Below, one piece after another: positions 10,561-20,945 of a DNA stretch of 64,000 nt; the stretch's first letter is position 1, and every line of letters starts with the position of its first letter. Source of the stretch: an uncultured delta proteobacterium. Its GTDB lineage: Bacteria > Myxococcota_A > Polyangia > Polyangiales > Houyiibacteriaceae. The notes below the pieces were generated by a model that was not told the DNA's origin, searched no databases, and worked only from the letters and a program-made list of their open reading frames with translations. The position numbers and the translations under genes were made by a program. Where the stretch lies: assembly GCA_963699755.1 (NCBI GenBank), contig CAVOVB010000001.1:896001-960000 (forward strand), given 5' to 3'.

Positions 10561-12311
10561 CCGAAGAGGCTCGCCCAAAGAAGCCCGGGCAGCCTGGCGA
10601 GAGATGGGTCGGCATAGAAGTACGTGAGCCTCGGGCCGATTGCGACCGCCCTGTCGTTGTCGACGAACCAGGCCGGTCTCGGGAAGACGCGGAACGGGCC
10701 TCGAAGCACCGATTTCTGCGGCCGGTCGAACATGAAGGTGTTGTGGACGACGCCCTGGCCTGATCGAATGTCCTTGCGCTCATGGCCGGGGAACGCGCCC
10801 CAGGTGGGCGTCACCAGGCCGTAGATCAGTCCCGACCAATGGTTGACCGCCACGGCACCGTAGCGAAGGTTCGCGATCGCGCGCTCCACCGCCTCAGCGA
10901 CAGCGGGGTCTTTGAGCGACTTCGGGTGGACGAAAATGCTGCAGGCCAGCGTGCCCCAGACCCGCTCGTTACAAAACTCGACGGCCTGGTCGATGTAGTC
11001 AACGATCGATGACGCCGAGAGCGCGACCTCGCTGGTCTGCCCGCACCAAGATTCGGTGTTGAAGCAGATGTCGTCGGTTTGATTCGGGTCGAGGTGCGCG
11101 ATCAGCGTCCAGGGAACGCGCCCTTCGCCCTTGCTGCCAAATTGCTCCGCGTCAGGATGGTGCTCGAGGAACATCTTCTGACGTTCTTCGGCACCCGGGT
11201 AGTACGGCTTTCGGTCGCCGACCTTCCGAAACGCTTTCCGGAGCGATGCCAAGAGCGCCTCGCGCTTGTGCCATTGCTCGTGCTGCACGATCACCCTCGT
11301 CGCGGTGCAGTTGAAGCCTGCGTTGTCGACGATGGTGGATGCGAGGTTCATCCCTTGGAAGTCCAGGTCCTTTTGGGACCAGGGGCCGGGGACGATGATG
11401 ACGGGGCTCACGTTGCCGAGCTCGCAGGTGAGGCGCTTTTCATTGCGCGCCTCATCCGCTGCTTTTCTGCGTTCGCCGTCTTCGCCAACACCAAACACGA
11501 TCGCGTCATGGGTCTTGTCCGAACCGGTGACGTGGATCTCGTCGACTAGCGGATGGCTACAGAGGTAGTCGCCTTCGGCCGCGCCTCCGTAGACGACCGA
11601 GAAGAAGCCGCGTGCGCGGAGCGGCTCGAACATCTCTGCGACGAGCGGGCCGAGATACTCGTTGACCGGGTTCATCTTCAAGAGGACGACCTGGCCTTCC
11701 ACGAAGAGCTTGTAGAGGGTGTCCATCGGCCCGATCGAAGAGACGTTCCCAGCGCCGAGTACCAGGGCCAGCTTCCCCTTCGGTGACTCTTGCCGATAGA
11801 ACGAAGCTTGGTGCTCACCGAGGCGTTCGAGGCTGACGCCGGGCTCCATCCAAACTTCGGCGGTGAAGCCTTGGAACAGGAGCCCATCGAATCCATCGAC
11901 CGGAAACACCGGGGCGACCACCTGCCCATCGGGACGCGAATACGCTTCCTTTGGAAGCTGCGGCAGGCCGAGCTCTTGGATGTCGGTCAGCGATGTGATG
12001 AGCAGGCTGATGTTCTTGACAATCGCAGCCGGGCCGACGAGCCACTCCTCACCCTCCTCGACGTTTCCGAAGGTCATGCCCTTGGCCTCCACCGAAGCCG
12101 CGACCCAGCGCTCGGCGACCTCGACGGCCCTTTCGAGAATGTGCCCGAGGAGCTCGATGCGTTCGTCGATGTCGAGCGCCGCCCACTCGTTCTTGTGCTC
12201 CTCGAGAACAGCGAGCGACTCATCGAGCCTCGTCCGCGAGGTCGGCTCGATTCGATGCTTCGCCTCGGGGATGGCAGCGGAGCCTCGCTGCCCGGCAATG
12301 GCTTGAGTCAA
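10557..12311 (-). CDS. Aldehyde dehydrogenase family protein
   Basis: LGAGNV, LKMNPVN, HVTGS, CELGNVSP and GFNC motifs. Confidence 0.85.
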   Translation of the reverse strand: MTQAIAGQRGSAAIPEAKHRIEPTSRTRLDESLAVLEEHKNEWAALDIDERIELLGHILERAVEVAERWVAASVEAKGMTFGNVEEGEEWLVGPAAIVKNISLLITSLTDIQELGLPQLPKEAYSRPDGQVVAPVFPVDGFDGLLFQGFTAEVWMEPGVSLERLGEHQASFYRQESPKGKLALVLGAGNVSSIGPMDTLYKLFVEGQVVLLKMNPVNEYLGPLVAEMFEPLRARGFFSVVYGGAAEGDYLCSHPLVDEIHVTGSDKTHDAIVFGVGEDGERRKAADEARNEKRLTCELGNVSPVIIVPGPWSQKDLDFQGMNLASTIVDNAGFNCTATRVIVQHEQWHKREALLASLRKAFRKVGDRKPYYPGAEERQKMFLEHHPDAEQFGSKGEGRVPWTLIAHLDPNQTDDICFNTESWCGQTSEVALSASSIVDYIDQAVEFCNERVWGTLACSIFVHPKSLKDPAVAEAVERAIANLRYGAVAVNHWSGLIYGLVTPTWGAFPGHERKDIRSGQGVVHNTFMFDRPQKSVLRGPFRVFPRPAWFVDNDRAVAIGPRLTYFYADPSLARLPGLLWASLFG

Positions 12312-12322
12312 GGGAGCCTCCT

Positions 12323-14257
12323 TCAGAACGCAGGTGCCGAGGACATGTTGGGGGTTTGCCCTGCGGAGATCAAGAGCTCCCGGACCTCGTCGAGGCTGTC
12401 GCAGATGCGTGCGGGGGGAAGGCTGCGAAGAAAGACTTTTCCATAGCCTTTTCGGCGGATTCGCGAATCCAAAATCGCGACGACACCGCGATCCTGCCGC
12501 GTTCGAATCAGGCGTCCAAAGCCCTGTTTCAAGGAGAGCGCAGCAGCGGGAACCAGGTAGCGCATGAAGGAGGATTCCCCCGCTTCGTCGAGGCGTTCAC
12601 AGCGTGCGGCGACGAGCGGATCGCTCGGCACGTCGAAAGGCAACTTGTCGATGATGACGAGCCGAAGGGCCGAACCGGGGACATCGACACCCTCCCAGAA
12701 GCTCGACGTTGCAAACAGGACTGCGTTACCCTGATCGCGAAACCGATCGAGCAAGGTCTGTTTCGGTGCGTCACCTTGGACGAACCACTCGTAGTCGAGT
12801 TGCCCCCCGACACGCTCCGAAAGAATCCGCATCATGCGCACGGAGGTGGAAAGAACGAACGCACCTCCCTGGCTCATCCGAATGAGCTCGAGGATCTCTT
12901 GGGCAGCCGCGTCGGGAAAATCCGCAGCGCGTGGGTCGGGCAGGTGCGTGGGCGCGTAGAGCGCGGCTTGCTCTTCATAACGGAATGGCGACTCGACCAG
13001 CTCTTCACTGACTTCCCTGTCGATGCCGAGACGGTGTTTGACGAAGCGGAAGTCTCCACCGGTGGTGAGCGTGGCACTGGTGAAGATGATGCAAGGAACG
13101 CGTTCGTGAAGGCGCTCGCGCAAGAGCGGGCCAACGTCGATGGGGCTCGAGCCCACGGCGGGACTTCGTCCACGGGCCTGTGCCCAACTCACCTGGCCTG
13201 TCGCTTCGAGAGAGCCGAGCGCATCGCGGAGCTGGTCCGCCCGCCTTGCGATTTGCAGGGCGTTCTCTCTCGGGGGCTGAAGATTTCGGCAGGAGGCGCT
13301 GAGCTCGGCGAGTGTGTTGTCCAGGGCGAAAAGAGCGTCTTGGGGGAGCGCTTCGGGAGGCAAGCGGACCCGGCTTCCATTGGCGTTTGCAGGCATCGCG
13401 CTGAAGAAATTCGAGGACCGTTGCAGGACTGCATCGAGCAAGCGCGTCGTCTGCATTTTTTCATCGCGCTCCACGCATAGCGCCGCTCGGGCATCGCGAA
13501 CCAGTCTTTCGAGCATGGAGGTCGAAACCCGTGAGCCGAAGAAGAGCGTCGCGGCGTCTTCGATCTGGTGCGCCTCGTCGAAGATCACCGCCTCGTAGTC
13601 GGGCAAGACCGAAGCAAAGCCAGTGTCACGAAGCGCTAGGTCTGCAAAGAACAAGTGATGGTTGACCACGACCAGCTGGGCGGCCTCGGCGCGCCGACGA
13701 ACGCGGGTCACGAAGCAGTCGTCGAAATGGTCGCAACGCGAGCCGATGCGCGTGTCCGAGCCGCTCACCACCCGCGACCAGATCGGGTCTTCCTCCGCGA
13801 TGGACGCCAGCTCCGCTCGATCGCCAGACTTGCTGTGCTCGATCCAATTGCGGAGCGCTGGCAGCGATCGCGCAAACCGAGGCTCCGTGGCGTCGGCGCT
13901 GCCGGAGAGCTCCTGAAAGCGTCGGAGACAAAGGTAATTGCTCAGCCCCTTTACGCAGGCAGCGTCGATCTCGATTCCGAGGTGGCTTCTCAAGGCAGGG
14001 ACGTCCTTTTCCATGATCTGGTCCTGGAGCGCGCGGGTTCCTGTCGAGACCAGCACGCGGCGCCCGCTCAGGGCCGAAGGAATCAAATAGGCCCAGGTTT
14101 TGCCGACGCCCGTTCCCGCCTCGATTAATAGAACGCCGTCGTGGCGCAGAGTGTCCTGCACCGCGCGCGCCATCCGAATCTGCCCGGGGCGATGCTCGTA
14201 GCTCGGAATGCCGCGGGCCAACGGTCCTGAAGGTCCAAGCAGATGGCCGGCATCCAT
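12323..14257 (-). CDS. ATP-dependent DNA helicase, DinG/YoaA family
   Basis: EAGTGVGKT, IFDEAH, SATL, FWEGVDVPG and QGFGRLIR motifs. Confidence 0.93.
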   Translation of the reverse strand: MDAGHLLGPSGPLARGIPSYEHRPGQIRMARAVQDTLRHDGVLLIEAGTGVGKTWAYLIPSALSGRRVLVSTGTRALQDQIMEKDVPALRSHLGIEIDAACVKGLSNYLCLRRFQELSGSADATEPRFARSLPALRNWIEHSKSGDRAELASIAEEDPIWSRVVSGSDTRIGSRCDHFDDCFVTRVRRRAEAAQLVVVNHHLFFADLALRDTGFASVLPDYEAVIFDEAHQIEDAATLFFGSRVSTSMLERLVRDARAALCVERDEKMQTTRLLDAVLQRSSNFFSAMPANANGSRVRLPPEALPQDALFALDNTLAELSASCRNLQPPRENALQIARRADQLRDALGSLEATGQVSWAQARGRSPAVGSSPIDVGPLLRERLHERVPCIIFTSATLTTGGDFRFVKHRLGIDREVSEELVESPFRYEEQAALYAPTHLPDPRAADFPDAAAQEILELIRMSQGGAFVLSTSVRMMRILSERVGGQLDYEWFVQGDAPKQTLLDRFRDQGNAVLFATSSFWEGVDVPGSALRLVIIDKLPFDVPSDPLVAARCERLDEAGESSFMRYLVPAAALSLKQGFGRLIRTRQDRGVVAILDSRIRRKGYGKVFLRSLPPARICDSLDEVRELLISAGQTPNMSSAPAF

Positions 14258-14318
14258 GGGCCCGCTCTAGCACGACGCGCTACCGCTGCCTTGGCGACGC
14301 GCTATAGAGAACCCGAAC

Positions 14319-15032
14319 GTGATCCCCATCCGCGACATCAACCAGACGCACCGCACGCCAATCGTCACCTGGTCTCTCATCGGCGCCAATCTGCTGGTCT
14401 TCGTCGCGAGCTTGAGCCTTGGGGACGTCGGAGCCGAAGCTCTCGTGATGCGCTTTGGCGTGATCCCCGACGTGATCGTCCACGGCAACTGGGCCGCGCC
14501 GCGCATGGACGGGGGCGCATTCGGAAGCTGGGTGACGCCGTGCACGAGCATGTTCCTGCACGGAGGCCTCCTGCACCTCGGGGGGAACATGCTCTTTTTG
14601 CACATCTTCGGCGACAACGTGGAAGATGTCCTCGGCCGCGGCCGTTTCCTCTTATTCTACCTCCTATGCGGCCTCGGCGCGGTCCTAGGACAGATCCTCG
14701 TGGACCCGGACAGCGTGGTGCCGATGATCGGTGCATCGGGGGCGATTTCCGGTGTGCTCGCCGGCTACATGACCCTCTTCCCGCACGCGCGTGTCGTGAC
14801 GCTCATTCCGATCTTCATCTTCATCCACTTCATGGAAGTTCCCGCTGTGATCTTCATCGTGCTCTGGTTCGCGCTGCAGCTCGTGCAGGGCTACCTCGCC
14901 CTCGGCATCATCGCCGAAGGCGGCGGCGGGGTGGCCTGGTTCGCGCACATCGGCGGCTTTCTGGCTGGCCTTCTCTGCGTTCGGGTGCTGTACCGAAAGC
15001 CTAAGGCGCGTCGGGAGCGTCTGTTTCGCTAG
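14319..15032 (+). CDS. Rhomboid intramembrane serine protease
   Basis: MFLHGG, HLGGNM, GASGAI and AHIGG motifs. Confidence 0.93.
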   Translation: MIPIRDINQTHRTPIVTWSLIGANLLVFVASLSLGDVGAEALVMRFGVIPDVIVHGNWAAPRMDGGAFGSWVTPCTSMFLHGGLLHLGGNMLFLHIFGDNVEDVLGRGRFLLFYLLCGLGAVLGQILVDPDSVVPMIGASGAISGVLAGYMTLFPHARVVTLIPIFIFIHFMEVPAVIFIVLWFALQLVQGYLALGIIAEGGGGVAWFAHIGGFLAGLLCVRVLYRKPKARRERLFR

Positions 15033-17100
15033 GCGCGGGGGCTTCTTCGACCCGCTTTGGCTCGGCGGGCCGCTCAGGCACGGCTTCTTTCGCCTCGCTC
15101 GGCGTGGCTGCCGCCGGAGGCTCGGTCTTGGCCTTCACCTCGCTCGGCGAAGGCACGGCTGGCGCCTCGGCCTTCACTTCGCCCGGCGCAGGCGCGGCAG
15201 GCGGCTCGGCCATCGCTTCGCTCGGCGCGGCGCCTTCCTTCTTGAGGGTCACGTTCACGGCGGCGAACATGCGGCTTTTCTCCTCGGTGAACGAAGAGCG
15301 CATCAGGTTCGTGCTGGCCGTCTTGTAGCCCTTCATCGAGATCACGATCTTGCGGGACCGTGGCATCGACTTGAACTCGAGCTCACCCGGCGTGACGATC
15401 ACTCCGCCACCAACCGCACTCGCCATCGCGCCTTCGGGGCTAGTGACGACCTGAACCACATAGCGAAGCGGCACGAGCTCGAAGCTCAACGACTCTTGGC
15501 CGTCTGCAACCTCGATCTGCTGCCGCTGACCCAGGTAGCCGCGAATCTTCGAGTAGACCGAAAGCTTGGTCCCGACCTCGTGCTCGAGCTGGACCGGCGT
15601 CCGTCCGGCCCGTTTGCCGTTGACGGAGATGAACGCGCCTGGCGGCTCTGAAACGACCTCGAACTTCACCACGCCCGCTTTGGCGGCCTTGACCGGCGTC
15701 ACTTCGGCAGCCTTTGCTTCGGCTGGAGCCTTGCTGGTCTCTTCGCCTTCCGCCCGGGCCGGAGCGGCTTGTGCAGCGGCGGTGTCTTGCGCCGCGGGCG
15801 CTTGGGGAGACACTCCCTGAGCTTGGGTCGGGCGAGCGAGGACAGGTGCTTCGGGAGCGCGCACCGGCTCTGCCGTGGGACCGGCGTCGGGCGAGAGCGC
15901 TTCGATGAGGCCGTCCAGGAAGCCGAGCTGCCATGCCGCAACTGCCGCACCGGCAAGGACCAGCACCACGACGAGAAGAATGACCAAGCCGGGCCGAGCC
16001 TGTTTCTCGGGCGTGGGCCGCGTCGTCCAAACGGGCTCGGGAGCCTGCGGAACCTTGAACGCCTCTGACGGAATGCCAGGTGCCACAGGGACGGGCGCGC
16101 GACCCCTGGATCGTTCGGATTCAAACATGCTGGCGTCGATGACCTCGCCTGGACCGGGTCCGAACGAGTCGGTGACCGCTGGACCAAACAGGTCGGGAAC
16201 GTCCGCTTCGAGCGGCTCGTTCGCCATCACGTCGGCGGGCACCACCGGCGTGGCTCGTCTTTCGTGGCTGAATGCTGCTGCAGCGTCCTTGGCGACGACC
16301 GTCGCGGCGGCCTCCGGACGGTAGCTTTCGTTCGGGTATTCGTGAATCTTGGTCGTTTCGTTTTCGAGGAAATCGTCTTCGGGGTCGAGCTCTTCGAACG
16401 CCGGAGCCGCGGCGCTGCTGATTCGCGGCGCCGTATTGATGGCCGATCCGCCGAACGCGGACATGGCGCCACGGGCCTGCGTTTCTGAAACCGACTGCTT
16501 CTGATGAACCGGAACGTTCTGCTGCGCCGCGAATGCCCCGTAGGCGGTGGCGCTCCGCTTGTCGTCACCAAGCTGACGGGCTCGCTGCGCTCCAGCCTGC
16601 GCTTCGCGTCGCGCGGCTTCACCCGCCCCGCCCTCTTCGAGCGCCGACGCCAGAAACTCGCTCACGTGCCGAACCTTGGTCCGGTCTTCTCGGCCAGCCT
16701 GGTCTGAATCGATGAGTTGCCGAGATGGGGCCCCTTCCTTGCCCTGATCGAAAACACCAGGGCGAACCCGATCATCGGAGATCCTCTGCACGATGGCGCG
16801 CGACTCCGCGTCCATCTTGATGAACTTGATGCCCATGCCAGTCGGATTTTCTGCGTCGGCTTCGGCTTCTTCACGCCTCCAAACGACGCGACCCACCCCG
16901 TGGATCAGTGTCGATTCGTCTTGGAGCATGAACTCGAACTTCAGAAGCGTTCCCACCGGCAACGGCTTCTTGGCCTTGATGAAAACACCCCCCCGCGAGA
17001 TGTCGCTGCTGTAGCGTTCGATGAAATCCTCGAGCGTCGCGCTCTTGTATCGGATCTTCAACGAAAGCAGCGTGCGCTTGTCCTTGCGTGCGTCGGCCAT
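15001..17100 (-). CDS. TIGR02266-type (myxobacterial PilZ-like) domain protein with TM helix and PEGA domain
   Basis: N-terminus DISRGGVFIK...GRVVW...GMGIKF; low-complexity linker; one TM; SEPPGA...GRTP PEGA motif. Confidence 0.82.
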   Translation of the reverse strand: MADARKDKRTLLSLKIRYKSATLEDFIERYSSDISRGGVFIKAKKPLPVGTLLKFEFMLQDESTLIHGVGRVVWRREEAEADAENPTGMGIKFIKMDAESRAIVQRISDDRVRPGVFDQGKEGAPSRQLIDSDQAGREDRTKVRHVSEFLASALEEGGAGEAARREAQAGAQRARQLGDDKRSATAYGAFAAQQNVPVHQKQSVSETQARGAMSAFGGSAINTAPRISSAAAPAFEELDPEDDFLENETTKIHEYPNESYRPEAAATVVAKDAAAAFSHERRATPVVPADVMANEPLEADVPDLFGPAVTDSFGPGPGEVIDASMFESERSRGRAPVPVAPGIPSEAFKVPQAPEPVWTTRPTPEKQARPGLVILLVVVLVLAGAAVAAWQLGFLDGLIEALSPDAGPTAEPVRAPEAPVLARPTQAQGVSPQAPAAQDTAAAQAAPARAEGEETSKAPAEAKAAEVTPVKAAKAGVVKFEVVSEPPGAFISVNGKRAGRTPVQLEHEVGTKLSVYSKIRGYLGQRQQIEVADGQESLSFELVPLRYVVQVVTSPEGAMASAVGGGVIVTPGELEFKSMPRSRKIVISMKGYKTASTNLMRSSFTEEKSRMFAAVNVTLKKEGAAPSEAMAEPPAAPAPGEVKAEAPAVPSPSEVKAKTEPPAAATPSEAKEAVPERPAEPKRVEEAPAPSETDAPDAP

Positions 17101-17187
17101 GCTTCTTTTCTGAAACCCCCACTTCACATTAGCTAGCGATTCGTGAAGCAACAAACGTTTGGGTGAGAAAACGACTCGTGCCAGGGG

Positions 17188-18012
17188 TTAATGGATGACC
17201 TCCATTCGCAGCCGAAGCTGACGCCGCTGTCCCGAGGTAGTCCAAAGTCGCACATCGCGAGGTGCTGGATTTCCCATGCAGACGCCATGCAATTGCAAGG
17301 CAGACCTCGATTGTGAACAGTGGCTAATCGTTGCGCAGCGAATCGCGAACCCTGTGCGCAGCGCTTCACGGACCGCGGCGGCAAACGATTCGAGCCCCGC
17401 TTCGATCCTGAAGTGGCGGCTGGACCAAGGGCGCCCAAAGGAGGTGCCTGGGCCTAGACAGAGCGCGCAGGCGTCGGTCAGGGAGTCCGCCTCGACGTCG
17501 ACCTCGAACCCTTTCGAAGTCATGGTTACTTTGACCAGCGCCTCGCGCGTCCATGCAGGCGGCACACCGCCGAGCCTCTCGAGCGAAGGGTCGAATGCCC
17601 CGAGGAGCTCGGGAGCCACGTCGAGGAGCGGCCCAAGCGCGAAGTCACGGTTTCGTAGCTCAGGGTGAGGCACCGAGAGACCGGGCGACTCGTGTGGGCC
17701 GCGCTGATCCCAAAGAAGGTCCAAGTCGACGCTGCGCGGACCCCATCGTTCACCAGGGTCGCGCCGTCGGCCCAGACGTCGTTCGGTTCTGAGCAAGCTA
17801 GCCAGGAGCTCGGTCGGCGAAAGCTCGGTCTCCAAACGAAACGCCGCGTTCAGGTAGCGAGGCTGCGGCGGCCCCAGGGGTTCGGTCTCATAGATCCTCG
17901 AAACGGCGCGGACCTCGATCCCCTCTCGCGCATTCAGGAGTGCGCGCGCAGCACGAATCGCTGCCTCTCGCGCTCCGAGATTCGAACCCACGCCCACGAC
18001 GACCGCGCTCAT
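17188..18012 (-). CDS. folK: HPPK (2-amino-4-hydroxy-6-hydroxymethyldihydropteridine diphosphokinase) with C-terminal extension
   Basis: GVGSNLG, YETEP, YLNA, WGPRSVDLDLL and VPHP motifs, followed by ~110 extra residues. Confidence 0.92.
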   Translation of the reverse strand: MSAVVVGVGSNLGAREAAIRAARALLNAREGIEVRAVSRIYETEPLGPPQPRYLNAAFRLETELSPTELLASLLRTERRLGRRRDPGERWGPRSVDLDLLWDQRGPHESPGLSVPHPELRNRDFALGPLLDVAPELLGAFDPSLERLGGVPPAWTREALVKVTMTSKGFEVDVEADSLTDACALCLGPGTSFGRPWSSRHFRIEAGLESFAAAVREALRTGFAIRCATISHCSQSRSALQLHGVCMGNPAPRDVRLWTTSGQRRQLRLRMEVIH

Positions 18013-18080
18013 AGCTCTCGCTTCGATTAAAAGGGGATCGTCCCCTTTTTCATAGTGTTGATTGCGGCTAGGTTCAGCGC

Positions 18081-19520
18081 ATGTCGGAGATGCCCCTTTT
18101 CGAGCGTCTTCAGAGCGATGACCCTGATGGCGATGAACATGTCTTCCGGGTCAGCGAAGTCAACCGCGCGGTGCGCCTCACGCTCGAGGAGCATTGGGGG
18201 AAGGTGCTCATCGAAGGCGAGCTGTCCGACGTGCGGCGCGCGAAGGGTCACGTGTACTTCACTCTCAACGACGAGGAAGACCCGGCGCAGCTTCGTGGCG
18301 TGATGTTCCAGTCCGACGTGAAGCGCACGAAGGCACCCCTCGAGAACGGGGCGCGCATTCGGTTCCGCGGGACGCTCTCGCTCTATACGGCGCGCGGTCA
18401 GTTTCAGCTGATCGCACGCTCGGCACAGCTCGCCGGCGAAGGCGACCTCGCCGCCCAGTTTCGAAGGCTCCGCGCGAAGCTCGAGGCGGAGGGCCTGCTC
18501 GACGCGGCAAAAAAACGCCGGCTGCCCGCGCTGCCGCGTCGGGTAGGGGTCGTCACGAGCCGAGCGGGCGCCGCCTTGCGAGACATCATTCGGGTCGCTT
18601 CGGAACGCTGCCCGGTGCAGATCCTCGTCGCCGACTGCCGAGTCCAGGGTGAGGACGCGCCGGCGAGCATCATATCGGCGCTCGAGCTCATTCAGCGAGT
18701 CGAGGATCTGGACGTCGTGATCATCTCGCGCGGCGGCGGTTCCGCAGAGGATCTCTGGGCGTTCAACGATGAAGGCGTGGCGCGCGCGATCGCAGCGTGC
18801 CGAGTGCCGGTCGTGAGCGGCGTCGGCCACGAGGTCGACATGACGATCGCCGACCTGGTTGCGGACCTGCGAGCGGCAACTCCGTCTAACGCCGCAGAGA
18901 TCGTCGTACCCGCGCGAGCGGCGCTCCTCCGAGACCTGCGATCCTGGGAGCGTCGATTGCAGCAGGCACTCGACAATCGAATCGGCGGCCTTCGTCTTCG
19001 CCTCGAACGCCAGCTTCGCCCGCTCTACGGCGCACGACGCGTCATCACCCCGATTCGTCGCGAGCTCCGCGATCTCCAAGAACAGCTTCAGCAGACGCAG
19101 CGCGCCGAGCTTCGCGAGAAGCGCGAACGGCTCGGAGAGCTCAATCGACGCCTGATGCGCTTGGACCCTCGATCGGTGCTCAGGCGCGATCAGCGCGGGC
19201 TCGCCTCGCTCAGCTCCAAGCTCCGAGACGCGGGCCGCTTACCGATGCGCCATCGCCGTGATCAACTGCTCGCGCTCGAGTTCCGGCTCAAAGGCCGCGG
19301 TCGGCCGATGATCCAGCAGGCACGCGCATCACACGCGGAGCTCGGCGCACAGTTGGACGCGCTCTCACCTCTGCGGGTGCTCGAACGAGGCTATGCCATT
19401 GCGATCCACGAGGCGACCGGCCGTGCGGTTCGGAGCCGGTTTGACGTGAAGGAAGGCGACCGGCTTCGCGTCCGAGTGTCCGATGGAGAGTTTGGCGCAA
19501 AGGTCGAAAGCCATGACTAG
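18081..19520 (+). CDS. xseA: Exodeoxyribonuclease VII large subunit
   Basis: GHVYFTL, RGGGSAEDLWAFNDE, GVGHEVD, ATPSNAAE and LSPLRVLERGY motifs. Confidence 0.96.
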   Translation: MSEMPLFERLQSDDPDGDEHVFRVSEVNRAVRLTLEEHWGKVLIEGELSDVRRAKGHVYFTLNDEEDPAQLRGVMFQSDVKRTKAPLENGARIRFRGTLSLYTARGQFQLIARSAQLAGEGDLAAQFRRLRAKLEAEGLLDAAKKRRLPALPRRVGVVTSRAGAALRDIIRVASERCPVQILVADCRVQGEDAPASIISALELIQRVEDLDVVIISRGGGSAEDLWAFNDEGVARAIAACRVPVVSGVGHEVDMTIADLVADLRAATPSNAAEIVVPARAALLRDLRSWERRLQQALDNRIGGLRLRLERQLRPLYGARRVITPIRRELRDLQEQLQQTQRAELREKRERLGELNRRLMRLDPRSVLRRDQRGLASLSSKLRDAGRLPMRHRRDQLLALEFRLKGRGRPMIQQARASHAELGAQLDALSPLRVLERGYAIAIHEATGRAVRSRFDVKEGDRLRVRVSDGEFGAKVESHD

Positions 19521-20355
19521 TCCGATTCGACTCGGCATTTTCGGATGGCCGGTCGCCCATTCGAAGTCGCCGCAGATGCACGAGGCGGCCGCGCGCGCCC
19601 TCGGGGTCGAGCTTCGCTACGAGCGCTTCGAGGTCGCCCCCGAGGATTTGGCCGCAGCAATTGCCGCCAAGCACGCGGCGGGGATCCGAGGCTACAACCT
19701 CACCGTCCCGCACAAAGAAGCGATGATGTCGCTCATCGAGGACGTTGCGCCTGCTGCCCGGGCCATTGGCGCCGTCAACACCGTCGTCGGCGCTGATGGC
19801 CAGTACCTCGGGTACAACACGGACGCCCCGGGCTTGGTGCGATCGCTCGAAGACGCTGGTGTTTCGATCAGCGGCGCACGCGTCGTCGTGCTCGGCGCAG
19901 GGGGCGCGGCGCGTGCGGCGGTCATGGGCCTGGCCGAAGCGGGCGCGGCCGAGATCCGTGTGCTCTCTCGGAGGACCAAGCAGAGTGAAGCGCTTTGCCG
20001 ATCGATGGCCGACGCGGTCGGCTGCAGTCTGGAGGCGGCACCGCTCGGGGAAGCCGGCCGTCATTTCAGGGGTGCCAGCTTGCTCGTTCAGGCTACCAGC
20101 GCGACTCTGGGGTCGAACCCAGACGCCCGAGCGTTCGCGGATTCTCTCCCGATCGAAGCCTTGCCCATCGGAGCGGCGGTCGTCGACCTGGTGTACAAGC
20201 CGCTCAAAACCACACTGCTCGCACGCGCTGACGCGCGCGGCCTCCACACAATCGACGGCCTCGGGATGCTGCTCCACCAAGGTGCGATCGCTTTCGAGAT
20301 GTGGACTGGGCTCGAGCCGCCCCTCGACGTCATGCGTGCCGCGTTGAACGACTGA
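19513..20355 (+). CDS. aroE: Shikimate dehydrogenase
   Basis: HSKSPQMH, NLTVPHK, GAVNT, NTD, GAGGAARA and GLGMLLHQG motifs. Confidence 0.95.
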   Translation: MTSPIRLGIFGWPVAHSKSPQMHEAAARALGVELRYERFEVAPEDLAAAIAAKHAAGIRGYNLTVPHKEAMMSLIEDVAPAARAIGAVNTVVGADGQYLGYNTDAPGLVRSLEDAGVSISGARVVVLGAGGAARAAVMGLAEAGAAEIRVLSRRTKQSEALCRSMADAVGCSLEAAPLGEAGRHFRGASLLVQATSATLGSNPDARAFADSLPIEALPIGAAVVDLVYKPLKTTLLARADARGLHTIDGLGMLLHQGAIAFEMWTGLEPPLDVMRAALND

Positions 20356-20436
20356 CCGCGTTCACATCCGCACCCGTCCATAGCCACGATCGGTGTTCGC
20401 GTGTCCCTTGCTCACGGAGCTTCCGGCGTGGGTCGA

Positions 20437-20916
20437 TCATTCGCCGTCGAGCTCCGCGACCCCAAACATCTCAGCGGCGTGCACGAACACCAGCTCTTCG
20501 GCTTCCATCACGGGATCGGGTGACGCGTCGATCCCGACGGTGCAATCCTCGATTGCGAAAAACTCCTCGGATTGCATCAGCTCGTCGGAAACGCGCGCGC
20601 CTTTCGGCAGGCGCAGCGTTCCCATCACCAGGCCACCGGCAAACAAGCACGCAACTTCGTGACGCTCGCGCCCATCGTCTCCGTGAAGCCCGAGAGCCGC
20701 CTCTTCCCCTGGCACGACGAGCCACACCGCCTTGCGCTGCAATGCTAGAAACGGAATCGTCTGTGGTTGTGCCGGCAGACTGACATTCGTCATCCTAAAA
20801 AATGCCTCGCCCCCATTCAAGAAAGGCAACAACGCCATCCCCTCCGGGACATGCAAGGTCCCAATCACCCAACCCGTGGGCGTGAACAAGCGCACAGTGG
20901 TCACAGAAGGAGACAC
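20437..20916 (-). CDS. Hypothetical protein with two similar beta-rich halves
   Basis: C-terminal part of track ORF 20437-21207, whose 5' part overlaps the bEBP. Halves VIGTLHVPEG...FFRMTN and VMGTLRLPKG...FFAIED. GTG start (20916 or 20904) is uncertain. Confidence 0.65.
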   Translation of the reverse strand: MSPSVTTVRLFTPTGWVIGTLHVPEGMALLPFLNGGEAFFRMTNVSLPAQPQTIPFLALQRKAVWLVVPGEEAALGLHGDDGRERHEVACLFAGGLVMGTLRLPKGARVSDELMQSEEFFAIEDCTVGIDASPDPVMEAEELVFVHAAEMFGVAELDGE

Positions 20917-20945
20917 TCTCCGGATTCTAAATACCTGATCTTGGT

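Noticed and set aside
15085..15235. Imperfect repeats (PSEAKE/PSEVKA/PGEVKA/PSEAMA) as a CRISPR or mobile repeat
   Set aside because: These are in-frame low-complexity coding repeats in a Pro/Ala tail, with no constant repeat-spacer structure and no cas genes.
17167..17184. Possible sigma54 promoter (CTGGCACG, minus strand) upstream of the TIGR02266 gene
   Set aside because: The -12 position reads TT instead of GC.
18081..20355. xseA without adjacent xseB
   Set aside because: xseA and xseB are unlinked in many bacteria, so this is not informative.
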